Source: an uncultured Gammaproteobacteria bacterium (GTDB lineage: Bacteria > Pseudomonadota > Gammaproteobacteria > Steroidobacterales > Steroidobacteraceae). Taken from it: a DNA stretch of 64,000 bases. Both the position numbers and the translations under genes were made by a program. The DNA lies in the NCBI GenBank assembly GCA_963707565.1, contig CAVPQN010000002.1:401756-465755 (forward strand). The letters are read 5' to 3'. The notes beneath the pieces are model-generated. The model searched no databases. It was not told the DNA's origin and worked only from the letters and a program-made list of their open reading frames with translations. Positions 1 to 9,366 of this stretch are shown one piece after another. Position 1 is the stretch's first letter, and each line of letters opens with the position of its first letter.

Positions 1-2
1 CC

Positions 3-461
3 TTGCGACGTTCGGGGATTCCGCCCTCGGTGCTGTGCTTCGAGCTGACCGAGACTGCGGCGGTCTCCAACCTCGCCAAGGCCGATCGCCTGATGCAGCG
101 CCTGCGCGTGCTGGGCTGCACATTTGCGCTGGATGATTTCGGCACCGGCTTGAGCTCGCTGGCCTACCTGCGCTCCCTGCCGGTGTCGGTGCTCAAGATT
201 GACGGCAGCTTTGTCCGCGATGCCGGCAACAACCAGCGTACCGAGGCGATGGTGCGCGCCATCGCGCAGCTGGCCCACACCATGGGCATGGAAACGGTGG
301 CCGAATACGTCGAGACCGACGATCTGCGTACACGGATGGCCGCGCTGGGCGTGGACTATGGCCAGGGCTTCGCCATTGGCCGGCCCGTGCCCCTGACCGA
401 GGTGCTGGGCGATATTGGGCTCTACGAGGTGATGGCTGGACAGGCCGCCGGGGCCCGCTAA
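3..461 (+). CDS. EAL-domain c-di-GMP phosphodiesterase, C-terminal fragment (5' end lies outside window)
   Basis: Reading frame is open to the window edge. EAL-domain blocks are visible: FELTE, ALDDFGTG, LKIDGSFV, AEYVET, QGFAIGRP. Confidence 0.85.
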   Translation: MRRSGIPPSVLCFELTETAAVSNLAKADRLMQRLRVLGCTFALDDFGTGLSSLAYLRSLPVSVLKIDGSFVRDAGNNQRTEAMVRAIAQLAHTMGMETVAEYVETDDLRTRMAALGVDYGQGFAIGRPVPLTEVLGDIGLYEVMAGQAAGAR

Positions 462-499
462 GCCTGCCCGCCGGCACGATTGCCGGTTAGGATAGCGTC

Positions 500-1735
500 A
501 TGAACCCGCAACGCACCGTCCTGGCACTGCTGTTAGGCGCGCTGGTCGGATTTGCCGTTGCCATCAGCAGTGGCGTGCTGGCCGAGCGTGGCAACAGCCG
601 TGCCGAGCTTCCCGCTCAAGACACCCGCCTGCTGGTCGAGGTGCTGGATCGCATCAAGGGTGACTACGTCGAGCGGGTGGATGACCACGAACTCATGTCC
701 CACGCGATTCGCGGCATGGTCACGGGACTGGATCCCCATTCCTCCTTCATGGACGCAGGTGAATTCGAGGACCTCAGGATCGCCACCGAGGGCAACTATT
801 CCGGCATTGGTATTGAAGTCACCCTGGAGGGCGGCGCCATCATCGTGGTGACCGCGATCGAGGGCTCGCCAGCCGATCACGCTGGCCTGCAGCCGGGAGA
901 CTCCATCATTGCCATTGATGGCCGCGAAGTTGACCGTAATCGCCTGGGCGATTCCATTGCGCGAATGCGTGGACGGCCGGGCTCGCAGGTGCGTGTTACG
1001 CTGCTGCGCGAAGGCGAAGCCGAACCGCTGGAGATACAGATTGAGCGTGCCGAGGTCATCGTGCCCTCGGTTCGTCACGCCATGCTCGAGCCTGGCCTTG
1101 GCTATGTGCGCATCAGCCAGTTCAGCGATACCACCGGCGATGACGTGGAGCTTGCGCTGCATATGCTGCAACAGCATCCGCAGGGGCCCCTGCGCGGCCT
1201 GGTGCTGGACCTGCGCAACAATCCGGGTGGCGTACTTGATGCCGCAGTGCAGGTGTCGGATGCCTTCCTGGAGCGCGGCCTCATTGTCTCGGCCAAGGGC
1301 CGTACGCCTGATGCACGTTTCCGGCTGAAGGCCACGCCAGGAGACCTGAGCGACGGCGCAGACATTGCCGTATTGATCAATGGTGGATCGGCTTCGGCCT
1401 CCGAGATCGTCGCCGGCGCCCTGCGTGACCACGGGCGCGCCACCCTGGTCGGACGCACCAGTTTTGGCAAGGGATCGGTGCAGACCGTGCTGCCACTGTC
1501 GGATGGCCAGGCCATCAAGCTGACGACTTCACGCTACTACACGCCGTCCGGGACCTCGATCCAGGATCACGGCATTGATCCGGACCTGGAATTGCCGCGC
1601 CAGCCGCCGGCCAGGAACACGCCCTGGGGCGAGGTCGACTCAGATCCCGAGTTGCGTGCTGCGATCGATATGCTCAAGCGCAAGGGCGCATCTGTGCAGC
1701 GGGCCGCAGCGTCGGTTCCGGGGCGCAGCTCATGA
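500..1735 (+). CDS. ctpA: Carboxy-terminal processing protease (S41 family) with PDZ domain
   Basis: N-terminal membrane/signal segment. PDZ block GSPADHAGLQPGDSIIAIDG. S41 catalytic blocks NGGSASASEI (Ser) and SFGKGSVQ (Lys). Confidence 0.85.
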   Translation: MNPQRTVLALLLGALVGFAVAISSGVLAERGNSRAELPAQDTRLLVEVLDRIKGDYVERVDDHELMSHAIRGMVTGLDPHSSFMDAGEFEDLRIATEGNYSGIGIEVTLEGGAIIVVTAIEGSPADHAGLQPGDSIIAIDGREVDRNRLGDSIARMRGRPGSQVRVTLLREGEAEPLEIQIERAEVIVPSVRHAMLEPGLGYVRISQFSDTTGDDVELALHMLQQHPQGPLRGLVLDLRNNPGGVLDAAVQVSDAFLERGLIVSAKGRTPDARFRLKATPGDLSDGADIAVLINGGSASASEIVAGALRDHGRATLVGRTSFGKGSVQTVLPLSDGQAIKLTTSRYYTPSGTSIQDHGIDPDLELPRQPPARNTPWGEVDSDPELRAAIDMLKRKGASVQRAAASVPGRSS

Positions 1736-2832
1736 CCGAACCCTGGACCCAGACTGGCCGACTGGAGCGCCCGAAGCAGGAAGAAAAGGAAAACCTGCTG
1801 GGCAGCCTTGCCCAGGTGGACTGGCTGGTGCTGCTGGTGGTCGCCCTCTACATGGTGGTGGACCAGACCCAGCCACCGTCGCCGCGCCTGCTATTTGTCA
1901 CGGTCGGGCTGTTTGCCGCGTTTGTAATTGCGCTGCGCTGGAAGGGTTTCCCGGTGCGCGATGCCGCACCGCGCATTGCCCTGGGCGCAGCGGCGATGGT
2001 GCTGTTCATCTCGATCGTTGCGACCCAGACTGGCGGCGCCGACAGTCCATTGACGAATCTCTACCTGCTGCCGGTTGTGCTGGTCGCCATGACGCTGGGC
2101 CGGCGCGGCACACTGGTGGTGTTCCTGGGCGTCTCGCTGGCCTACATCTCTGTCGTCATCGGCGATGGACCGATGGGAGATCCGGCGCGCCTCGCCGCGC
2201 GGCTGTTTGGCGAACTCGGTCCATTCGCGCTGGTCGGGCACCTGACGCAATTGCTGGCGGGGTCCATCGCGGCGGCGCGCCAGCGCATCGAGGAAATGGC
2301 CGAGCGCGACGGCCTGACGGGATTACTGAACCTGCGCACCTTCCGCTCGCTGGTTGAGCGCGAGCACTTGATCCGCGCGCGCACCGGTCGTGGTGGCTAT
2401 GGTGTGCTGATGATCGACATGGACCAGCTGAAGAAAGTGAACGACGAATATGGTCACCAGGCCGGCAATGCGGCGATTACCACGGTAACGGCGGCGATGC
2501 AGCGCGCGATTCGCAGTTCGGACGTTGCCGCCCGCTACGGTGGCGATGAGTTCGTGGTGTTCCTCCCTGAGGCCTCACCGGAGATTGCCGAGACGGTCGC
2601 CCAGCGCGTACGCAACAACGTCTACAAGAGCCTGTTCCCGGTCGGCGGACGGCTGCAGCGCATCACCGTCAGCGTGGGCGCGGCGAGCTTTCCGCGCGAT
2701 GGCCGCAGCCATGACGAGGTGCTCGCGGTGGCCGACAAGCACATGTACCGCGACAAGGCGCTGCGCAAACGTGCTGCCCAGGGTGGCGCCGGAACGCCCA
2801 CAGTCGGGCGCGGTGATGGCGGCGTTCGCTAG
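1732..2832 (+). CDS. Membrane-bound diguanylate cyclase (GGDEF domain)
   Basis: About 190 aa of hydrophobic helices followed by a GGDEF domain (RDGLTGLLN, RYGGDEFVVFL). ATGA overlap with the ctpA stop. Confidence 0.85.
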   Translation: MTEPWTQTGRLERPKQEEKENLLGSLAQVDWLVLLVVALYMVVDQTQPPSPRLLFVTVGLFAAFVIALRWKGFPVRDAAPRIALGAAAMVLFISIVATQTGGADSPLTNLYLLPVVLVAMTLGRRGTLVVFLGVSLAYISVVIGDGPMGDPARLAARLFGELGPFALVGHLTQLLAGSIAAARQRIEEMAERDGLTGLLNLRTFRSLVEREHLIRARTGRGGYGVLMIDMDQLKKVNDEYGHQAGNAAITTVTAAMQRAIRSSDVAARYGGDEFVVFLPEASPEIAETVAQRVRNNVYKSLFPVGGRLQRITVSVGAASFPRDGRSHDEVLAVADKHMYRDKALRKRAAQGGAGTPTVGRGDGGVR

Positions 2833-2835
2833 TTG

Positions 2836-4167
2836 ATGCATAGACTCCTTTCCGCGCTGCTGCTGTGCCTGCTGGTGTTCCCCGCCCATGCCGCGGGGCC
2901 GCTGGTGCTGTCCGGTGGCACTGTGATCGACGGCTACGGCAACCCACCGATACAAAATGGCGTGGTGGTCATTGATGGCGATCGCATCCTCGCGGTCGGC
3001 GCAGTGGGCCTGACGCCTATTCCCGGGAATGCCGAGGTCATCTCCACCGAGGGCATGACGGTCCTGCCGGGGCTGTGGGACTTGCAGGTGCATCTGATGC
3101 GCCTGGGACACGGCGACACAGCACGCTGGAACAGTGTGTATGGCCCGTTGGCGGAGCGCGTGGTGATGCCGATTGCGGCGGCGCAGCTGCTGGCGGCCGG
3201 CGTGACCAGTGTGCGCGATGTGGGCGCACCGCTAGACGCGGCAATCGCCCTGCGCGATCAACTGAAGAGCGCCGTCCTGCCCGGTCCGCGCGCATTTGTT
3301 TCCGGTCCGGTCCTGCGCAAGCTGGTGCCGGCGGGAACGGAAGCCTGGCAGTGGTCCGTGCAGGGCGCAGAGGACGCCCGCAGCAAGGTGCAGCGCCTGG
3401 CCAGTGCCGGCGTCGACTACCTGTTGTTGGCCGACGTTGACTTATGGACTGCCGAGGAGCTTTCCGCTGCCGTCAAGGAAGCCCAGGCGCGGAACCTGGC
3501 CGTGCACGCCTACGCCGAGCGGCCCGGGGATGTGGAGCGCGGCGTGACGCTTGGTCTTGCTGGATTCCTCAGCACCGGCATGGGCGCGGCCCCTGCGTTT
3601 CCAGATACGGTGATGCTGGCGCTGCGCCAGCGCTTGCTGAATCCGGAGCGCAGGCCGCTGTCCTGGTCACCGGCCATATCAGGCTTGCTGAACCTTGAAG
3701 CGCTGCGGGTCAACCCGGAGCCCCTGGATGATCCGGCGACAATAGCCGGGCTGCCGCCGCTGGTGGCGGCCGATGTTCTCGGCTCGTTGGTGGTGCTGGA
3801 TCGTGTCACCTGGTTTGAGATGCCGGCGAGTCGCTCGCGCACCCTGTGTACCAAGCTGCGCCAGCTCGATGATGCGCGCCTGCAGTTGGTAATTGGCTCA
3901 GATTCCGGCGTGCCCGGGCATCTACACACCCGTGCGACCTGGCAGGAGATCGACTTCTGGGTGCGCGAATGCGGGCTGACCATGACCCGCGCAATCCAGG
4001 CAGCAACCCACGACGCGGCGGCGTCTGTCGGCGTCGCCCATGAGGTGGGTACGCTGGCGCCCGGCAAGATCGCTGACGTGATCGCCGTCCGCGGCGACCT
4101 GTTGCGTCATCCGGCGCTGTTGCAGAAGGTCGATATCGTCATCCAGCGTGGTCGCCGCGTACGCTGA
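2836..4167 (+). CDS. Secreted amidohydrolase-family metallohydrolase
   Basis: Signal peptide MHRLLSALLLCLLVFPAHA. HxH-type block DLQVHLMRLGH. C-terminal GSDSGVPG...H and IADVIAV blocks typical of the amidohydrolase superfamily. The ATG at 2836 is preferred over the TTG at 2833. Confidence 0.7.
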   Translation: MHRLLSALLLCLLVFPAHAAGPLVLSGGTVIDGYGNPPIQNGVVVIDGDRILAVGAVGLTPIPGNAEVISTEGMTVLPGLWDLQVHLMRLGHGDTARWNSVYGPLAERVVMPIAAAQLLAAGVTSVRDVGAPLDAAIALRDQLKSAVLPGPRAFVSGPVLRKLVPAGTEAWQWSVQGAEDARSKVQRLASAGVDYLLLADVDLWTAEELSAAVKEAQARNLAVHAYAERPGDVERGVTLGLAGFLSTGMGAAPAFPDTVMLALRQRLLNPERRPLSWSPAISGLLNLEALRVNPEPLDDPATIAGLPPLVAADVLGSLVVLDRVTWFEMPASRSRTLCTKLRQLDDARLQLVIGSDSGVPGHLHTRATWQEIDFWVRECGLTMTRAIQAATHDAAASVGVAHEVGTLAPGKIADVIAVRGDLLRHPALLQKVDIVIQRGRRVR

Positions 4168-4215
4168 TGGAAGGCCTGTTTGCGATGGCCACGCGCGGCG
4201 CCGATAATCCCCGCC

Positions 4216-4593
4216 ATGACTAATTTCATTTTGCGCGCCGCCATTGCGGCTGTGGGCCTGTGGCTGGCGACGGAGTGGCTGGCAGGAATTGAAGTCGACA
4301 CGCCCGCGACCTTGTTGCTGGCGGCCGTGTTGCTGGGTTTGGTCAATGCCATCCTCAGGCCACTGGCGATCATCCTGACGCTGCCCATCACGCTGGTGAC
4401 GCTGGGCTTCTTCCTGCTGGTGCTCAATGCAGGAATGCTGGCACTGGTCGCCGCCATGCTGCCCGGCATGACCATCGCCGGTTTCTGGGCGGCCTTCATG
4501 GGCGCGTTGATCGTCAGCGTGGTGAGCTGGGTGGGCAATGCCCTGTTCGCCCCGCGGCGTCGTTCCATCGACCTGCGCGCTGGCGGCGAGTAA
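4216..4593 (+). CDS. Small four-helix membrane protein (phage-holin-4_2 / YvlD-like family)
   Basis: 125-aa hydrophobic protein. The pattern LVNAILRPLAIILTLPITLVTLGFFLLVLNA is typical of this family. Start taken at the internal ATG. Confidence 0.55.
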   Translation: MTNFILRAAIAAVGLWLATEWLAGIEVDTPATLLLAAVLLGLVNAILRPLAIILTLPITLVTLGFFLLVLNAGMLALVAAMLPGMTIAGFWAAFMGALIVSVVSWVGNALFAPRRRSIDLRAGGE

Positions 4594-4607
4594 GTCGAGG
4601 CTTGGGG

Positions 4608-5534
4608 TCAGCGGCCGGCGCCGGCGGCGGGGTTGCGCGGCATGGGTCGCAGGTAACCCGTAACCAGGGCCACGCCCAGCAGGATCACCAGCATGCCCAC
4701 CATTTGCGACCAGCCCAGCGTCTCATCGAGGATCCACCAGCCCAGCAATGCAGCGATGGCGGGGTTCACGTAGCCATAAGTGCCAACCACCACTGGCGTC
4801 GTATTGACCGTCAGGAAGGCGTAGGCGGAATAGGCCAGGCAGGAACTCATCAGGGTCAGCCACAGGAAGGCGCTGAGACCCGGCAGTGACCAGTGCATCG
4901 CCAGCGGCTCACCGCTGAGTGCCGCCATGGCCATCAGCCCGGCACCGCCCAGCAGCATCTGCAGGGCAGTGAACATGAGCGGCGTGTTGGCCGCGTTCGC
5001 CTGGCGGTAGTAGATGGTGGCCAGCGACCAGCCGAAGCAGCCAAGCAGGATCAGCAACTGCCAGCCGAGTCCTTCCAGGCGAAAACCGCCCCGTGGCAGC
5101 AGTACCAGGACGACACCGATCAGGCCGACCAGCAGGCCCAGGCGGGCAGGGCCCGACAAGGCGCTGGCGCGCCGACCCATTGTCCCCAGCCAGGCAATCC
5201 ACAACGCAGGCGTGGCATTGAGCAACGCTGCCGTATTGGACTGCACATACTGCATCGCCACCACGTTGCAGGCATTGCTGCCCATGATGGCGAGCCCGGC
5301 CATGGTCAGGACGTGGCGAACTTCGAGGCGCGTGAGCACAGGCGGCCCGCTTTTCCACCAGGCAAATGCCCCGAGTAGCACCCCGGCGCTCAGGAATCGC
5401 AGGCTCGCAGCGAACAGCGGCGGCTCCTCGCTGACCATGATCTTGGTCGCGAGGTAACTCGACCCCCACACCAGGTAAACGATCGCCAGTGCCAGCGATA
5501 CCTGCGCGCGACGCTGCGAATCGGCCTCGGTCAT
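4608..5534 (-). CDS. EamA/DMT-family transporter
   Basis: 308 aa with about 10 predicted TM helices in two repeated halves. N-terminal LVWGSSYLATK block. Confidence 0.75.
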   Translation of the reverse strand: MTEADSQRRAQVSLALAIVYLVWGSSYLATKIMVSEEPPLFAASLRFLSAGVLLGAFAWWKSGPPVLTRLEVRHVLTMAGLAIMGSNACNVVAMQYVQSNTAALLNATPALWIAWLGTMGRRASALSGPARLGLLVGLIGVVLVLLPRGGFRLEGLGWQLLILLGCFGWSLATIYYRQANAANTPLMFTALQMLLGGAGLMAMAALSGEPLAMHWSLPGLSAFLWLTLMSSCLAYSAYAFLTVNTTPVVVGTYGYVNPAIAALLGWWILDETLGWSQMVGMLVILLGVALVTGYLRPMPRNPAAGAGR

Positions 5535-5576
5535 GAACGCCTCTTCAGCAGGAATACTCCTGCTGCTGGCATGGCC

Positions 5577-7511
5577 TCAGGTCTTGGTGCTGCTGCGAGG
5601 CGTGGCCGTGCGGAAAAGCCACCAGCCCATGGCGGCAAGCGCCGCCAGTCCGGCCCAGCGACCCGGGCGCAGCGATTCTGCCACCGCCAGCACGTCGGCA
5701 TTCTCGGAGATCACGATGGGAATCGCGATCAGCACGCCGATGATGGCTTCACCCGCAATCAGGCCGGCAGAGAACAACAGCCCGTTCTGCTTCAGCGCCT
5801 CAAGATCGCCGCCCGGATTGCGCCGGCGGTGCCAGCGCGTCGCCAGCTCGGCAATCAAGCCGCCGGCGAAGATGGGCGTGGACAGTTCAAGCGGCAGGTA
5901 AATGCCGACTGCGACGGCGAGCACCGGCGCACGCCAGCTGGCACCAATGCGGCGCAGGCGTTCGTCAATGGCGATGACAATGGCACCAACGATGGCGCCC
6001 GCGCCGACCATGTTCCAGGGCAGGCCGGAGCCGAAGATGCCGCTGGCGACAGAGGCCATCAGCGTGGCTTGCGGTGCCGGCAGGGCAGTGACGCCCTCGC
6101 GTGCGGGTGTGCCGATGCCGTAGGCCTCCAGCAGCAGGTTGAGCACCGGCGCCATGATCGCGGCGCTGGCCAGGGCGCCGATACCCAGCATGACCTGCTG
6201 GCGCCAGGGCGTGGCGCCGACCAGTTGCCCGGCCTTGAGGTCCTGCAGGTTGTCGCCGGCAATCGCGGCTGAATTGCATATCACCGCGCCGATCATGATG
6301 GCAGCGACCGGGCCGACGGTGGAGCCGGCGCCGAGCATGCCCAGCAGGATCAGCGAGGCGAACAGGATGGTGGAAATGGTGATGCCTGATACCGGGTTGT
6401 TCGAGGAACCCACCAGGCCGGCCATGTAGCCGCTCACTGACGAGAATACGAATCCCGCCACCACCATGATCAGGGCCATGGTCAGTGCGACGCCAAAGCT
6501 TCCGACCACCATCAGGTACAGGGCAAACAACGGCACGACAAACAAGACGATGCCAATCAGGATCATGTTCATCGGCAGGTCGCGCTCGGTGTGCGCCACA
6601 TCCCTGGTGGAGGCGTTACGCAGGGCGAGGCCGCTGCGGATACCTGAGAACAGTGAATAGCGCAGTGTCCACAAGGACCACAGCCCGCCGATCAACATGG
6701 CGCCCACGCCGATGTAACGGATCTGCGCGCTCCAGATCATGTAGGCGGCATCTTCGGCGCTCACGCCCACCAGTTTCGCGGCCAGCGCCGGGTCGTGGTC
6801 GAACAGGAAGGTGTTGTAGATAGGTATGAACACCCACCAGGACAGCGCGCCACCAGAGAGCATCAGCACGCCGATGTTGAGCCCGACGATGTAACCCACA
6901 CCCAGCAGCGCCGGCGACAGGTTCAGGCCAAAGAATCCAATGGTGCGGTCACCGAAGAAGCGCGCCGCGGTGAAGGCCTCGGGCGAGAGCTTGAGTCCGG
7001 AGAGGATGAACTTGAATCCGGCGCCAGCCAGGGCAGCGAAGCCCAGCGCACGCAGTCCCTTGCCCGGGTTCTCGCCCACCTTGAGCACTTCTGCGGTGGC
7101 CACGCCCTCGGGAAACTGCAGCTTCTGCTCCAGGATCAGGGTGCGGCGCAGCGGCACCGAGAACAGCACGCCGAGCAGGCCGCCCAGGCCGGCAATGGCA
7201 AACACCCACCAGTACTGGAAGGTGGACCAATGGCCCATCAGCACCAGCGCGGGAATGGTGAAGATCGTGCCGGCCGCGATCGAGGAGCCCGCCGAGGCGC
7301 CAGTGGCGACGATGTTGTTTTCCAGGATATTGGAGCGTCCCAGCAGGCGCAGCACACCCATGGAGATGACCGCTGCGGGAATGGCGGTAGCCACAGTCAG
7401 GCCGGCGAACAGGCCAAGGTAGGCGTTGGCGGCAGCCAGCAGCACGGTCAGCGCCAGCGACAGGACGATGGCGCGCAGCGTCAGCTGCGGCGCGGAATCA
7501 GGCAGGCTCAT
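5577..7511 (-). CDS. OPT-family oligopeptide transporter
   Basis: 644-aa polytopic membrane protein. N-terminal LTLRAIVLSLALTVLLAAANAYLGLFAGLTVATAIPAAV is typical of bacterial OPT proteins. Lies immediately downstream of the M2 peptidase genes. Confidence 0.75.
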   Translation of the reverse strand: MSLPDSAPQLTLRAIVLSLALTVLLAAANAYLGLFAGLTVATAIPAAVISMGVLRLLGRSNILENNIVATGASAGSSIAAGTIFTIPALVLMGHWSTFQYWWVFAIAGLGGLLGVLFSVPLRRTLILEQKLQFPEGVATAEVLKVGENPGKGLRALGFAALAGAGFKFILSGLKLSPEAFTAARFFGDRTIGFFGLNLSPALLGVGYIVGLNIGVLMLSGGALSWWVFIPIYNTFLFDHDPALAAKLVGVSAEDAAYMIWSAQIRYIGVGAMLIGGLWSLWTLRYSLFSGIRSGLALRNASTRDVAHTERDLPMNMILIGIVLFVVPLFALYLMVVGSFGVALTMALIMVVAGFVFSSVSGYMAGLVGSSNNPVSGITISTILFASLILLGMLGAGSTVGPVAAIMIGAVICNSAAIAGDNLQDLKAGQLVGATPWRQQVMLGIGALASAAIMAPVLNLLLEAYGIGTPAREGVTALPAPQATLMASVASGIFGSGLPWNMVGAGAIVGAIVIAIDERLRRIGASWRAPVLAVAVGIYLPLELSTPIFAGGLIAELATRWHRRRNPGGDLEALKQNGLLFSAGLIAGEAIIGVLIAIPIVISENADVLAVAESLRPGRWAGLAALAAMGWWLFRTATPRSSTKT

Positions 7512-7527
7512 GCAAGTCCCCTTGTTA

Positions 7528-9346
7528 TTACCAGCCGCACTGGCGGTCGCGGTTCTGCTCGTCCAGCCAGCCCATCAGCGGCTGGAAGTACTCGATGAGG
7601 GCCGAGGCATCCATTTGACGGGTACCAGTCAGCTTCTCCAGCGCATCCTGCCATGGCTGGCTGGCGCCCAGCGCGAGCATCTCACGGAATCGCCGGCCCG
7701 CCTCTTTGTTGCCGTAGACCGAGCACTCATGCAGCGGGCCCTTGAAGCCTGCCGCATCACACAGCGCCTTGTGGAACTGGAACTGCAGCACAAAGGCAAG
7801 GAAGTAGCGTGTGTAGGGCGTATTGCCCGGCACGTGGTACTTGGCGCCGGGGTCGAAGTCCGCCTCAGTGCGGGCGATGGCGGGTGCAATGCCCTGGTAC
7901 TTGCGACGCAGTTCCCACCAGGCTTCGTTGTATTTCTCCGGCGGGATGGCGCCTGAAAATACGCCCCAGCGCCACTGGTCAATCAGCTTGCCGAAAGGCA
8001 GGAAGGCAATCTTCTCGGAGGCAACCTTCATCTGGCGATTGATCAGCGACTGTGGGCTGCTCTTCTGGCCAGCCGGCAGCAGGCCCTGACCGACCAAATA
8101 GTCCTCGGTCATCGACAGGTTGATGGTATCGCCCAGCGCCTCGTGGAAGCCGTCGTGCGCACCGGTGCGCAACAGGTAGGGCTTGTCCTGGTACATCAGG
8201 TAGTAATAGACGTGCCCAAGCTCGTGGTAGACGGTGTAGAGGTCTTCTTCGCTGACCTCGATACATTGCTTGATGCGGACGTCCTCGGGGTCGGCCATGT
8301 CCCAGGCGCTGGCGTAACAGACCACGTCGCGATCACGCGGCCGTGCAAACAGTGACTTCTGCCAGAACGAATCGGGCAAGCTGGAAAAGCCGAGGGACAG
8401 GTAAAACTCCTCGGCCGAGCGAACCATGCGCAGGGCGTCGAATCCCTGCTTCTTCAGCCCGGCGGTGACATCGAGAGCGGAGACACCCGGATACGGCTCC
8501 AGCAGGTCGAAGATATTGTTCCACTGCTGCGCCCACATGTTTCCAAACAGGTGGGCGGGGACGGGCTGGCCATCAGGGACCCGGTCCTTGCCATATTTCT
8601 TCTGCAGCACGCCGCGCGCATAGCAATGCATGCCGTCGTACAGCGGCTTCATCTGGTTCCACAGGCGCTCGGTCTCGGACTCAAACTCCGCCGCGCTCAT
8701 GTCATAGCCGGATCGCCACATCGCTCCGAGGTCGTCGAAGCCCAATTCGGTGGCCCCCTCGTTGGCCAGCTCAACGAAGCGCTGGTAGTCGTCGCGCATG
8801 GGCGCGCTGAGGGAGTGCCAGCCGGTCCAGGCGGCCAACTGCTCATCGTAGTCACGGCTCTCCACCAGCGTGCGCGACAGGTCCTCGAAGTTGCGGCAGC
8901 TTTCCGGCCCGGACGGACAGAAGCGCCCGGAGCTGTAGGCGGACTCCATGGCCGCCAGGATGCCGGCAAGCTCGGCGCGCTTGGCCGCATCAGCGGGTGC
9001 CGGTGCTGCGGACCCCTGTCAGCAGGCGGCCAAGGATGCGCGCGGATTCGGCGGACATGGCCTGGCCACTGTACTGGCGCGACGTGGCTACTGCGGCCGA
9101 GTGGTAGGCGAGATAACGCTCATTGGCCTGGGCCGCCAGCGCCTCCGTGTCACTGGTGATGAAGTTCTGCTGCACCCAGTTGGCGTGCTGGGATTCATAA
9201 CCAAATTTCTCTATCTCCGCATTGGCCCGCGCGGCGAATTGGTCGGCGGTTTCGGCAGGCGGTGACTTGCCACAGCCCACCAGGGCACCCAGTGCGACGA
9301 GGGTGCAAGCCAGAGTGCGTAGGCGCAGCGAGGTCGGGCTAGACAT
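7528..9346 (-). pseudogene. M2-family (ACE-like) zinc dipeptidyl carboxypeptidase lipoprotein, copy 1, interrupted by a 1-nt frameshift
   Basis: ORF 8990..9346 encodes the lipoprotein signal (LVGC lipobox) and the N-terminus. ORF 7528..8949 encodes the rest, with intact HELGH and HEALGD zinc motifs. The two frames join seamlessly at a C4/G4 run (9013..9016) when aligned to copies 2 and 3. Confidence 0.75.
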
Positions 9347-9366
9347 GTGACGTCCCTTATCCGGGG

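Noticed and set aside
8987-9020. Programmed ribosomal frameshifting at the M2 copy 1 junction
   Set aside because: There is no slippery heptamer or downstream structure. A simple indel at the homopolymer explains the frame change.
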